Source: Scyliorhinus canicula (lineage: Eukaryota). Taken from it: a stretch of DNA of 64,000 nucleotides. The position numbers were made by a program, and so were the translations under genes. A model generated the notes under the pieces. It was not told the origin of the DNA and did not search any database. It worked only from the letters and a program-made list of their open reading frames with translations. The stretch is taken from positions 606,655 to 670,654 of the forward strand of contig NW_024055458.1 of NCBI RefSeq assembly GCF_902713615.1, written 5' to 3'. This document shows, one piece after another, positions 22,480-35,046 of the stretch. Position 1 is the first letter of the stretch. Each line of letters starts with the position of its first letter.

Positions 22480-23000
22480 CTCACCTCCAACAAGAAGCGC
22501 GAGGAGCTTGTGGAGCTTCTTTGTGACTGAGATTGAATAAATCCGATCAGCTGCCTCTGCTGCTTCCATCCCTTCCACGAGCCCACCGGACCAAACTGTC
22601 TCCAAATTTCATCCTTTCCCAAGCCCTGAACCCACATCTTTCTCTAGTTTCTCTCCCATCTCCCCTCATGCCCTCTCAGAGCTCATCTTGTCCATGAGAC
22701 CCAGATCCTGGCCCATCGACCCTATTCCCACTGAGCTACTGATCAGCCAACTATCCTGTGTCTATGGATATTGTCAACATTTCTGTCTCTTCAGGTACTG
22801 TCCCTCTGTCCTTCAAATCTGCCATCATTACCCCTCCTCCATAAAACAGACCCTTGACCCTGCCATCCTTACAAATTACCATCTTCAACCTCCATCTCCT
22901 CTCCAAACTCTTTGAACATATTGCTACCTCCCAAATCCTTGCCCATCTTTCCCAGAACTCCCATGTTTGAATCCTTCAATCAGGTGTCCGCCCTGTTTCA
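22480..23000 (+). mobile_element. Degraded L2-type RT fragment in the ZNF downstream module (paralogs ~41990-42480, ~51040-51175)
   Basis: DPIPTELL / IVNISVSSGTV..FKS.IITP / MFESL.SG remnants. Confidence 0.7.
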
Positions 23001-23071
23001 GTCGTGAAATACAAGAGACAAACAAAATCTTACCCGGAGAGAAGACAGACAATCCGGGAGCTTGGATGCAA

Positions 23072-23370
23072 GGGCGGCACAGTAGCACAGTGGGTAGCAC
23101 TGTTGATTCACAGCACCTGGGACCCGGGTTCGATATCCGTCTTGGTCATTGTGCAGAGTCTGCAAGTTCTCCCCGTGTCTGCGTGGGTTTCGTTCGGGTG
23201 ACCCGCTTTCCTCCCACAGTCCAAAGATGTGCAGGTTAGGTGGATTGACTGTGCTAAATTGCCCTTCGTGTCCAAAAAGGTTAGGTGGGGTTGCGGGGAT
23301 AGGGTGGAGGCATGGGCTTAAGTAGACTGCTCTTTCCCAGGGCTGGTACAGACTCAATTCTCGGATTCTA
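23072..23370 (+). mobile_element. HE1-like SINE, tail A
   Basis: gggcggcacagtagcacagtgggtagcactg head and V-core. Confidence 0.85.
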
Positions 23371-24489
23371 TAAGGTGGGATTGTCCTTTCTGAGCTCCAG
23401 CCAGGTGATGTTAAACACTCAGGCGGGAAAGACAAAAATCTACAACGTGTTTAAAACAGCTGATTTGTTTCACCAATATCATTCTAGGATGTTAAACTCC
23501 AGTCCCTTCGAGGTTATTTTCATCAGAAACAATCTCCAACTATCAGAGTAAAAACCTCAAAGCTCTGGTACAGATAGAGGCCATTTGGCCCATTGTGTGT
23601 GTGCTGGCTGAAGTGGAGCTATTCATCTTAATCCCATTTTGCAGATCTCAGTCGATTGTCCTGTATGTCCCAGTCCTTCAATTGGATATCCAAGACATTA
23701 ATTTTAAAGTGATCAGGATTTCTGTTTCTGTGACGCTATCAGACAGCGAGTTCTAGACTCCCACCACTGAAATGATTTCCCCCTTCCACTCGCAATCCTC
23801 TGTTAATTACTTTAAATCTAAACCCCTTGGTTATTGATCTGTTAATGAAATAGATCCTTCTTATCCATTCTATCCGGGCCCTCAGAATGTTAAACACCTC
23901 AGTTAATCTCTCCTCAGCATTCTCTGTTCCACAGAAAACAACCTCGGCCTCTCCAATCTTTCCTCATTGTTAAAATTCTCCACTTGTGTCAACATCCTGG
24001 TCAACCTCCTCTGCATTCTCTCTGGGATGAACACATCCTTCCTGTAATGTGGTGACCAGAGCTGTACTCAGTAATGTAGCTGTGGTTTAACTAGTGTTTT
24101 GGACAGCTCCAGTATAACCTCCCTGATCTTATAATAAACACAGAAAATGCTGGAAATACTCAGCAGCTCTGGCAGCATCTGTGGAGAGAGGGGTTTCAGG
24201 TCTTTCCTCCAATAGAAATTGCCGGGAATATTCCCTGCTCTAGTATTCTGTCCCCGTGAATAACAAAGTATCCTCTCTGCCTTCACAATCACCGTATCTA
24301 TCTCTCCTGTCACCTTCAGGGATCTGTGGACATGCACTCTAACGCCCCTTTTTCCCTCTCACCTCACTATCATACCATTCATATTCTTTCCCTTTGCCGT
24401 GTTTGTCCACCACAAATGTATTTCTTATCCCGCGCTTCTCTGGATTGACCTGTTTGCTACTTTTCTGGCCCGCTGATCAGTCTATTGAT

Positions 24490-25730
24490 GTCTTCCTGCA
24501 GTCATTACAGCCTTGGTTCAAACATGCACAAAAGCGCTGAATGCCAGAGGTGAGGTGAGAGTGTCTGCCCTTGACATCAAGGCAGCACTTGACCGAGTAT
24601 GGCATCCAGGAGCCCCAGCTAATCTGGAGTCAATGGGAATCGGTGAAAACTCTCCGCTGGTTGGAGTCGTACCTGGCACAAAGAAAGATGGTTGTGGTGG
24701 TTGGAGGCCAACCATTTCAGCTCAGGGACATCACTGCAGGAGTTCCTCAGGGTAGTGTCTTCGGCCCAACCATCTTCAGCTGCTTCATCAATGACCTGCC
24801 TTCATCATAAGGTCAGAAGTGGGGATGTTTGCGGATGACTGCACAGTGTTCAGAATCATTCGCCAACCCTGAATGAAGCCGTCCATGTCCAAATGCAGCA
24901 AGACCTGGACGATATCCAGGCTTGGGCTGAGAAGTGGCAAGTTACATTCGTGCCACACAAGTGTCAGGCAATCACCATATCTTCCAAGAGAGGATCTAAC
25001 AATCGTCCCTTGACATTGAATGATATTACCATTGCTGAATTCCTCACAATCAACATCCTGGGGGGTGCCATTGATCAAAAAATTAACTGGATGAGCCATA
25101 TTAATACTGTGGTTACCAGGAAAGGTCAAAGACTAGGAATCCTACGAAGGGTAACTCATCTCCTGAACCCCCTCCCCCCCCCTCTCAAAGCCTGTCCACC
25201 ATCTGCAATGCACAAGTCAGGAGTATAATGGAATACTCTCCAGTTGCCTGGATGAGTGCAGCTCCAACAACACTCAAGAAGCTCAACAGCATCCAGGACA
25301 AAGCAGCCCGCTTGATTGCTCCCCCTTCCACAAACATTCAGACCATCTATCACCGATGAACAGCCGTGTGTGCCGTCTACAAGATGCACTGCAGTAACTC
25401 AACAATGTTCCTTATTCAGTACCTTCCAAACCCATGACCACCGCCATCTCGAAGGCCAAGAGCAGTAGATCACTGGGAACCCCACCAGCTGGAGGCTCCC
25501 CTCCAAGTCACTCACCACCCCGACTGGGAAATATATCACCGTTCCTTCGCTGTCACTGGGATAAAATCCTGGAACTCTCTTCCTAACAGCACAGTGGGTG
25601 TACCTACACCTGAAGGACTGCAGTGGTTCAAGAAGGAAACTCCCCACCATGTTCTGAAGGGCATCTAGGGATGGGCAATAAATGCTGGCCTAACCAGTGA
25701 AGCCCACATCCCATAAATGAATAATAAAAG
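24490..25730 (+). mobile_element. Non-LTR retrotransposon 3' part (RT, frameshifted; CR1/L2-group)
   Basis: VSALDIKAALDRVWH, GVPQGSVFGP, gtttgcggatgac (FADD), LDDIQAWAEKWQV; tail gggcaataaatgctggcc...aataataaaa. Confidence 0.8.
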
Positions 25731-26616
25731 TCTGCAGCTTTCTTTCTCACTGCCAAAAAGAAGACCGCAAATAAGTTAATCCTGTCCCCATGTTAAAGTC
25801 TAAAGCATTGATATAGAACATAAGAAGCATGGAATCATGTCCTGGGAAATCTAGAATCCCACTGGAAATACTCCACCAATCACCAACATACCTCTCCACC
25901 ACTGCCCTTTGCTTCCTGCTGCTCCAGCTGATGTCACTTCCTGCACTTGTGATTGTTCTGGACATGAGAAGTATCCTGGTTTTCCCACGTGGAGCAGGAC
26001 TGGAATCCCCGGCCAGGTCTTTAATTATTTGATTATTTGACTTAAGCAAAATAAATTTAAGATTAAAATAAATAAAGATTCATCAGCTTCTCACCAATCA
26101 GTTTCTTCCATTGAGCTGAAGTCACCTTTTATCCGGAATTAACTGAAATGTTTTGATAATTGTTTTTTAAAAATAAATTTAAAGTATCCAATTCTTTTTT
26201 TTTTAAATTAAGGGACAATTTAGCATGACCAATTCACCGACGCTGCTCATCTTTGGGTTGTAGGGTAAGACACACGCAGACACAGGGAGAATGTGCAAAC
26301 TCCACTCGGACAGTGATCCGGGGCCGGGAACGAAACCAGGTCCTCAGCGCCTTCAGGCAGCAGTGCTAACCAGTGTGCCATCATGCCACCCGTTTTTGTT
26401 AATTGTTAATATCTAAACCTCTCAAATGATTAATTGACTAAAAATTCAGACGTCTTTACTCTTACAATGCCAACTTCATCTTTATTCCCTGGATTTGATT
26501 AACGGACCGCAAACTGTAATTCTCTGAACGATGATCAGATTATTTCAGTTTTGTGATAATTAATGAATCGTCTCACTTTATAATTGATGAATGCAGTGAC
26601 CAGGATGTGCTCTCCT

Positions 26617-29600
26617 CAGGACTGGGATGCCCAGTCATTGCCACAGGACTGGGATGCCCTGTCATTGCCACAGGACTGGGAGGCCGTGTCATTACCACAT
26701 GACTGGGATGCCCTGTCATTGCCACAGGACTGGGATTCCCTGTCATTGCCACAGGATTGGGATGGCCTGTCATTGCCACAGGACTGGGATGCCCTGTCAT
26801 TGCCACAGGACTGGGAGGCCGTGTCATTACCACATGACTGGGATGCCCTGTCATTGCCACAGGACTGGGATGGCCTGTCATTGCCACAGGATTGGGATGG
26901 CCTGTCATTGCCACAGGACTGGGATGCCCTGTCATTGCCACAGGTCTGGGATGGCCTGTCATTGCCACAGGACTGGGATGCCCTGTCATTGCCACAGGAC
27001 TGGGATGGCCTGTCATTGCCACAGGACTGGGATGCCCTGTCATTGCCACAGGACTGGGATTCCCTGTCATTGCGACAGGACTGGGATGCCCTGTCATTGC
27101 CACAGGACTGGGATGCCCTGTCATTGCCACAGGACTGGGATGCCCTGTCATTGCCACAGGACTGGGATGCCCTGTCATTGCCACAGGACTGGGATGGCCT
27201 GTCATTGCCACAGGACTGGGATGCCCTGTCATTGCCACAGGACTGGGATTCCCTGTCATTGCGACAGGACTGGGATGGCCTGTCATTGCCACAGGACTGG
27301 GATGGCCTGTCATTGCCACAGGACTGGGATTCCCTGTCATTGCCACAGGACTGGGATGCCCTGTCATTGCCACAGGACTGGGATGGCCTGTCATTGCCAC
27401 AGGACTGGGATGGCCTGTCATTGCCACAGGACTGGGATTCCCTGTCATTGCCACAGGACTGGGATGGCCTGTCACTGCCACAGGACTGGGAGGCCCTGTC
27501 ATTGCCAAGGGACTGCGATGGCCTGTCATTGCCACAGGACTGGGATGCCCTGTCATTGCCACAGGATTGGGATACCCTGTCATTGCCACAGGACTGGGAT
27601 GGCCTGTCATTGCCACAGGACTGGGATGGCCTGTCATTGCCACAGGACTGGGATGCCCTGTCATTGCCACAGGACTGGGATGGCCTGTCATTGCCACAGG
27701 ACTGGGATGGCCTGTCATTGCCACAGGACTGGGATGGCCTGTCATTGCCACAGGACTGGGATGGCCTGTCATTGCCACAGGACTGGGATGGCCTGTCATT
27801 GCCACAGGACTGGGATGGCCTGTCATTGCCACAGGACTGGGATGGCCTGTAATTGCCAAGGGACTGGGATGGCCTGTCATTGCCACAGGACTGGGATGGC
27901 CTGTCATTGCCACAGGACTGGGATGCCCTGTCATTGCCACAGGACTGGGATGGCCTGTCATTGCCAAGGGACTGGGATGGCCTGTCATTGCCACAGGATT
28001 GGGATGCCCTGTCATTGCCACAGGACTGGGATGCCCTGTCATTGCCACAGGACTGGGATGGCCTGTCATTGCCACAGGACTGGGATGGCCTGTCATTGCC
28101 ACAGGACTGGGATGGCCCTGTCATTGCCACAGGACTGGGATGGCCTGTCATTGCCACAGGACTGGGATGGCCTGTCATTGCCACAGGACTGGGATGCCCT
28201 GTCATTGCCACAGGACTGGGATGGCCTGTCATTGCCACAGGACTGGGATGGCCTGTCATTGCCACAGGGACTGGGATGGCCTGTCATTGCCACAGGACTG
28301 GGATGGCCCTGTCATTGCCACAGGACTGGGATGGCCTGTCATTGCCACAGGACTGGGATGGCCTGTCATTGCCACAGGACTGGGATGGCCTGTCATTGCC
28401 ACAGGACTGGGATGGCCTGTCATTGCCACGGGACTGGGATGGCCTGTCATTGCCACAGGACTGGGATGGCCTGTCATTGCCACAGGACTGGGATGGCCTG
28501 TCATTGCCACAGGACTGAGATGGCCTGTCATTGCCACAGGACTGGGATGGCCTGTCATTGCCACAGGACTGGGATGGCCTGTCATTGCCACAGGATTGGG
28601 ATGCCCTGTCATTGCCACAGGACTGGGATGGCCTGTCACTGCCACAGGACTGGGATGGTCTGTCATTGCCACAGGACTGGGATGCCCTGTCATTGCCACA
28701 GGACTGGGATTCCCTGTCATTGCGACAGGACTGGGATGCCCTGTCATTGCCAAGGGACTGGGATGCCCTGTCATTGCCACAGGACTGGGATGGCCTGTCA
28801 TTGCCACAGGACTGGGATGCCCTGTCATTGCCACAGGACTGGGATGGCCTGTCATTGCCACAGGATTGGGATGCCCTGTCATTGCCACAGGACTGGGATG
28901 GTCTGTCATTGCCAAGGGACTGGGATGGTCTGTCATTGCCACAGGACTGGGATGGCCTGTCACTGCCACAGGACTGGGATGGTCTGTCACTGCCACAGGA
29001 CTGGGATGGTCTGTCATTGCCACAGGACTGGGATGGTCTGTCATTGCCAAGGGACTGGGATGGTCTGTCATTGCCACAGGACTGGGATGGCCTGTCATTG
29101 CCACGGGACTGGGATGCCCTGTCATTGCCAAGGGACTGGGATGGCCTGTCATTGCCACAGGACTGGGATGGCCTGTCATTGCCACAGGACTGGGATGGGC
29201 TGTCATTGCCACAGGACTGGGATGGCCTGTCACTGCCACAGGACTGGGATGGTCTGTCATTGCCAAGGGACTGGGATGGCCTGTCATTGCCACAGGGCTG
29301 GGATGGCCTGTCATTGCCACAGGACTGGGATGGCCTGTCATTGCCACAGGACTGGGATGGTCTGTCATTGCCACAGGACTGGGATGGCCTGTCATTGCCA
29401 CGGGACTGGGATGGTCTGTCATTGCCACGGGACTGGGATGGTCTGTCATTGCCACAGGACTGAGATGCCCTGTCATTGCCAATGGATTGGGATGGCCTGC
29501 CATTGCCACAGGACTGGGATGCCCTGTCATTGCCACAGGACTGGGATGGTCTGTCATTGCCAAGGGACTGGGATGGCCTGTCATTGCCACAGGACGGGGA

Positions 29601-30857
29601 TGGCCTGTCATTGCCAAGGGACTGGGATGGCCTGTCATTGCCACAGGACGGGGATGGCCTGTCATTGCCAAGGGACTGGGATGGCCTGTCATTGCCACAG
29701 GACTGGCATGCCCTGTCATTGCCACAGGACTGGGATGGCCTGTCATTGCCACAGGACTGGGATGGCCTGTCATTGCCACAGGACTGGGATGGCCTGTCAT
29801 TGCCAAGGGACTGGGATGGCCTGTCATTGCCACAGGACTGGCATGCCCTGTCATTGCCACAGGACTGGGAGGCCCTGTCATTGCCACAGGACTGGGATGG
29901 CCTGTCATTGCCACAGGACTGGGATGCCCTGTCATTGCCAAGGGACTGGGATGCCCTGTCATTGCCACAGGACTGGGATGGCCTGTCATTGCCACAGGAC
30001 TGGGATGGCCTGTCATTGCCACAGGACTGGGATGGCCTGTCATTGCCACAGGACTGGGATGGCCTGTCATTGCGACAGGACTGGGATGGCCTGTCATTGC
30101 CACAGGACTGGGATGGCCTGTCACTGCCACAGGACTGGGATGGTCTGTCATTCCCAAGGGACTGGGATGGTCTGTCATTGCCACAGGACTGGGATGGCCT
30201 GTCATTGCCACAGGACTGGAATGGCCTGTCACTGCCACAGGACTGGGATGGTCTGTCATTCCCAAGGGACTGGGATGGTCTGTCATTGCCACAGGACTGG
30301 GATGGCCTGTCATTGCCAAGGGACTGGGATGGTCTGTCATTGCCACAGGACTGGGATGGCCTGTCACTGCCACAGGACTGGGATGGTCTGTCATTGCCAC
30401 AGGACTGGGATGGCCTGTCACTGCCACAGGACTGGGATGGCCTGTCATTGCCACAGGACTGGGATGGCCTGTCATTGCCACGGGACTGGGATGGTCTGTC
30501 ATTGCCACAGGACTGGGATGGTCTGTCATTGCCACAGGACTGAGATGCCCTGTCATTGCCAAGGGAGTGGGATGGCCTGCCATTGCCACAGGACTGGGAT
30601 GCCCTGTCATTGCCACAGGACTGAGGTGGCCTGTCATTGCCACAGGACTGGGATGGCCTGTCATTGCCAAGGGACTGGGATGGCCTGTCATTGCCACAGG
30701 ACTGGGATGGCCTGTCATTGCCAAGGGACTGGGATGGCCTGTCATTGCCACAGGACTGGCATGCACTGTCATTGCCACAGGACTGGGATGGCCTGTCATT
30801 GCCACAGGACTGGGATGGCCTGTCATTGCCACAGGACTGGGATGGCCTGTCATTGCC
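26617..30857. repeat. 27-bp minisatellite, ~157 copies (CCACAGGACTGGGATGGCCTGTCATTG)
   Basis: Period seen directly; 9-aa periodic ORFs on both strands. Confidence 0.98.
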
Positions 30858-31419
30858 TTTATTTATTCCATTATTAACTGACTGAAGCAACAATAAATTG
30901 GAGGTTAAAATAAATAAAGATTCATCAGCCACTCACCAATCAGCTCGTTCCATTTCCCTGAAGTCACATTTATTTATAATCTAATAATCTAGGAATTAAC
31001 TAAAATGATTTTCTCCATTCTTATTACCTAAACAGATTGGATTTTAACTTACTGAAGAATTCAGACTTTTTCACTGCTACAATCACTTGTCATTCAGCTT
31101 CAACTTTATCCTCTTGATTTGATCAACAGAACACTAACTGCAATTATATAAATAATCACATTGATTCAGGTTTATACTAATTAATGAATCATGACTCAGT
31201 ACATTAATGCAGTGACCAGAACGCTTCTCACATAATCTCCTCGCTTTTATATTCCAGGCCTCGTCTAAGAAAGGATTCTTGGCTGCCTGATCAATCTATC
31301 CAGCTACCTGTGGATAGGGACTCCAATGCCTCTCTGTTGCTCTATGTTCTCAGTATCATTCTATTTATAGTTCATTCCCTTGTCTTGTTTTCACTGAAAT
31401 TCATTATCTCTCACTGTTT

Positions 31420-31720
31420 GCAGCACCGCAATTATCACTGTTCACAGCGCCAGGGTCCCAGGTTTGATTCCCAGCTTCGGTCACTGGTCTGTGCGGAGTC
31501 TGCATATTCTCTCTGCAGCTGTCTGGGTTTCCTCCAGGTGCTCCAGTTTCCTCCCATAATTCCTGAAAGACATGCTTGTGAGGTGAATTGGACATTCTGA
31601 ACTCTCCATCTGTGTACCTAAACAGGCACCAGAATGTGGCGACTAGGGGATTTTCACAGTCACTTCATTGCACTGTTGGCGTTAGCCTACTTATGACAAT
31701 AATAAAGATTATTATTAAAT
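31420..31720 (+). mobile_element. HE1-like SINE, tail C
   Basis: V-core then gaatgtggcgactagggga...aataaagattatta. Confidence 0.8.
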
Positions 31721-31729
31721 TGAATTCCG

Positions 31730-32850
31730 GGGCGGCAAGTTGGCGCATTGGGGTATGTGGAACATTCCTTGTTCCAGGCCTACCCGGGTCCCCTCCCATA
31801 ACCCCTTTACCGGTACATTGATGACTATTTTGGTGCTGATTTATGCTGTCGTCCGGAACTGGAAAAATTCATCAACTTTGCTTCCAGTTTCCACCGCTTC
31901 ATCACTTTCAACTGGTCCATCTTAGACTCCTCCCCTCCCTTCCCTTCCTTGACCTTGCTAGCTCCATTTCTGGCAATAGACTATCTACTAATATCTATTA
32001 CAATCCCACTGACTCCCACAGCTATCTTCGTACCCTACACCCTGTAAGGACTCCCTCCCTTTCTCTCAGCTCCTCCGCCTCTGTCGCATTTGTTCCGATG
32101 ATGCCACTTACCAAAGTGGTGCTTCAAATGTGTTCCTTCTTCCTCAACCATGATTCATCACCTACAGCTGTAGTCAGGGCCCTCAACAGTGCACGGTCCA
32201 TCTCCCACACCACTACCCTCACCCCGTCCCCTCCCTCCAAGAACAAGGATAGAATCCCCCTCATTCTCACATTTCACCCCACCAGCCTCCGTATGCAAAG
32301 CATAATCCTCTGCCATTTTCGCCAAATTCAACATGATGTCACCACCAAACACATATTCCCTTCACTCCCTCTGTCAGCATTCCACAAAGACCATTCCCTC
32401 CAAGATAATCTAGTCCACTCCTCCACAATACCCAACACCTCTCCCATCACCTATGGCACCTTCCCATGCAATCGCAGAAGATGCAACACCTGCCCTTTTA
32501 CCTCTTCCATGCTTAACATCCCAGGCCCAAAACATTAATTCCAGGTTTAAGCGGCGTTTCACATGCACCTCTTTCAATTTGGTCTATTGCATTCACTGCT
32601 CCCAATGTGGTCTCCTCTATGTCAGAGAGATCAAATGTAGATCTTCGGTCTGTGCGCATTCAGGTCCCTGACCTTTCCGTTGATTGCCATTTTAACACAA
32701 GACCGTGTTCCCATGCCCACATGCCTGTCCTTGGCCTGCTGCAATGTTCCAGTGAAGCTCAAAGCAAACTGGCGGAACAGCATCTCATCTTCCGGTTGGG
32801 CACGCTACAGCCTTCCGGTCTCAACATTGAATTCAACAACTTCAGATGAT
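31730..32850 (+). mobile_element. Penelope-like element, degraded 3' half (RT plus GIY-YIG endonuclease)
   Basis: cggtacattgatgac (RYIDD); FPCNRRRCNTC; FTCTSFNLVYCIHCSQCGLLYV. Confidence 0.85.
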
Positions 32851-33789
32851 TAGCTCGAGCCCACCTTGACCCCTTTATTTTTATTCCATTTCATTTGAAC
32901 TGTCTTTTACCTTTTATTTCTTTGTCTTTCTTTACATATATTTCCCCCCACTCTGTCCCACTACCTGATCCCCCCTTTCCCGCTGTTACCAGACTCCTAA
33001 ACGACCCTCTTATGGACTGACCTCAGTAACACTATACCCCTGTATGCTTCATCTGATGCCGGTGTTTATGTAGTTACATTGTGTACCTTATGTTACCGTG
33101 TTATGTATTTTCTTTTATTTCCTTTTCTTTTCATGTACTTAATGATCTGTCGAGCTGCTCGCAGAAAAATACTTTTCGCTGTACTTCGGTACACGTGACA
33201 ATATACCTGACTAACCTTTTGGACACTAAGGGGTAATTTAGCATAACCAATCCACCTAACCTGCACATTTTAGCTCTCTTTTCCCTTGGGTTCTGTGGCT
33301 ATGACTAATCTTTCATTCGCTCACCCTACAGTATAAGTATCTCCCACTTTCAACGGCTTTTAGCTTTGACAAAGGAGCATCTGGGCTCTTTTTTTCTCCT
33401 TACAGATGCTGCCAGACCTGCTGAGATTTTCCAACATTTTCTCTTTTAGTTTCAGATTCCAGCATCCGCAGCAATTTGCTTTTGCAAATCACTTTGGGAA
33501 ATAGAACATAACACAACACCCATTTGCACGAATTTGTGTTTTATTTCAACTAGGTAACAAAATATATTTTCTACTGCGTATTTGGAGTTTCAACGGTGCT
33601 GTTATTACCCAACATACCCAGCGTTTGTGAATCACTGCCCTGATCACTCCCCAGGAGCCCAGTACGCAGGCGCAGTGTTATATATAGAGCATGCGCAGTT
33701 TCACTTTGCTCGGACAGGCTCAGTGCACCCCCCAGGGCTGCGGCGGACAGGATGGGATGCCACACAAAAGGCTGCTACATCAGATGCCA

Positions 33790-34295
33790 GGCATCTGGAT
33801 AGAAATTGTCCCATTCGGCAGACGCAGCATGGTTTCATAAAGGGCATGTCGTGCCTAACTAATTTAGTGGAATTTTTTGAGGACATTACTAGTGCAGTAG
33901 ATAATGGGGAGCCGATGGATGTGGTATATCTGGATTTCGAGAAAGCCTTTGGCAAGGTGCAACACAAAAGTTTGCTGCATAAGATAAAGATGCATGGCAT
34001 TAAGGGTGAAGTAGTAGCATGGATAGAGGATTGGTTAATTAATAGAAAGCAAAGAGTGAGGTTTAATGGGTGCTTCTCTGTATAGCGGTCAGTAGCTAGT
34101 GGTGTCCATCAGGGATCCGTGTTGGGCCCACACTTGTTCACAATCTACATAGATGAGATGGAGTTGGGGACCAAGGGAAATGTGTCCAAGTTTGCAGATG
34201 ACACTAAGATGAGTGGTAAAGCGAAAAGTACAGAGGATACTGGAAGTCTGCAGAGGGATTTGGGTAGGTTAAGTGAATGGGCTAGGGTCTGGCAA
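33790..34295 (+). mobile_element. CR1 RT fragment joined directly to ZNF coding sequence
   Basis: QHGFIKGMSCLTNLVEFF...VYLDFEKAF...FADDTK...LSEWARVWQ. Confidence 0.85.
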
Positions 34296-35046
34296 ATTGT
34301 TTCCGTGTTCTGTGTGTGGACGAAGCTTCAGCCAATCATCAAACTTGTCAAAACACAAGTGCTGTCCCATGGGGGAGAAACCGTGGCAATGTGGAGATTG
34401 TGGGAAGGGATTCAATTGTCCGTCTGAGCTGCGTATTCATCAACGCAGTCACACCGGGGAGAGACCATTCACCTGTTCTGTGTGTGAGAAAGGATTCACT
34501 AAATCATCTGACCTTCTGAGACACCAGCGAATTCACACTGGGGAGAGACCGTTCACCTGCTCTGTGTGTGGGAAAGGCTTCACAACCTCATATGGCCTCC
34601 TGTCCCACCATCGTATCCACAGTGAGGAGAGACCTTTCCAATGTTCTGACTGTGAGAAAAACTATAAAAGGAAAACAGGTCTGTTGAGCCATAAACTCAC
34701 TCACACCGGGGAGAAACCGTTCACCTGCTCTGCTTGTGGGAAAGGATTTGCCCGTTCATCCGAGCTCCTGACACACCAACTTGTTCATACTGATCAGAGG
34801 CCGTTTAAATATCCTGACTGTGAGAAGAGCTTTAAAAGCCGGAAGGATCATCTGACACATGAACACACTCACACCAGGGAGAGATCTTTCATCTGTTCTT
34901 TCTGTGGGAAAAGTTTTACTTGGAAGTCCAACCTACTTAAGCACCAGCGGATTCACACTGGGGAGAGGCCATTCATCTGCTCAGTGTGTGGGAAGGCATT
35001 CATTCAGTCATCCCACAGGCTGAGACACCAGCTATTTCACAAGTGA
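34273..35046 (+). CDS. C2H2 zinc-finger ORF, 9 fingers (2 degenerate), no in-frame ATG or own exon start; possibly a pseudogene
   Basis: 257-codon open frame starting at GTG inside the CR1 fragment; finger 7 has C->Y (FKYPDC). Confidence 0.7.
   Translation: MNGLGSGKLFPCSVCGRSFSQSSNLSKHKCCPMGEKPWQCGDCGKGFNCPSELRIHQRSHTGERPFTCSVCEKGFTKSSDLLRHQRIHTGERPFTCSVCGKGFTTSYGLLSHHRIHSEERPFQCSDCEKNYKRKTGLLSHKLTHTGEKPFTCSACGKGFARSSELLTHQLVHTDQRPFKYPDCEKSFKSRKDHLTHEHTHTRERSFICSFCGKSFTWKSNLLKHQRIHTGERPFICSVCGKAFIQSSHRLRHQLFHK

Noticed and set aside
26617-30857. CRISPR-like array
   Set aside because: Head-to-tail repeats with no unique spacers, no cas genes, vertebrate context.
26573-30932. ORFs up to 1416 aa (CHCHRTGMA, LPQDWDGLS, VIATGLGWP repeats) that resemble metal-binding or antifreeze-like proteins
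   Set aside because: The 27-bp unit is stop-free in nearly all frames on both strands. Variation is not codon-position biased by eye, and frame slips occur.
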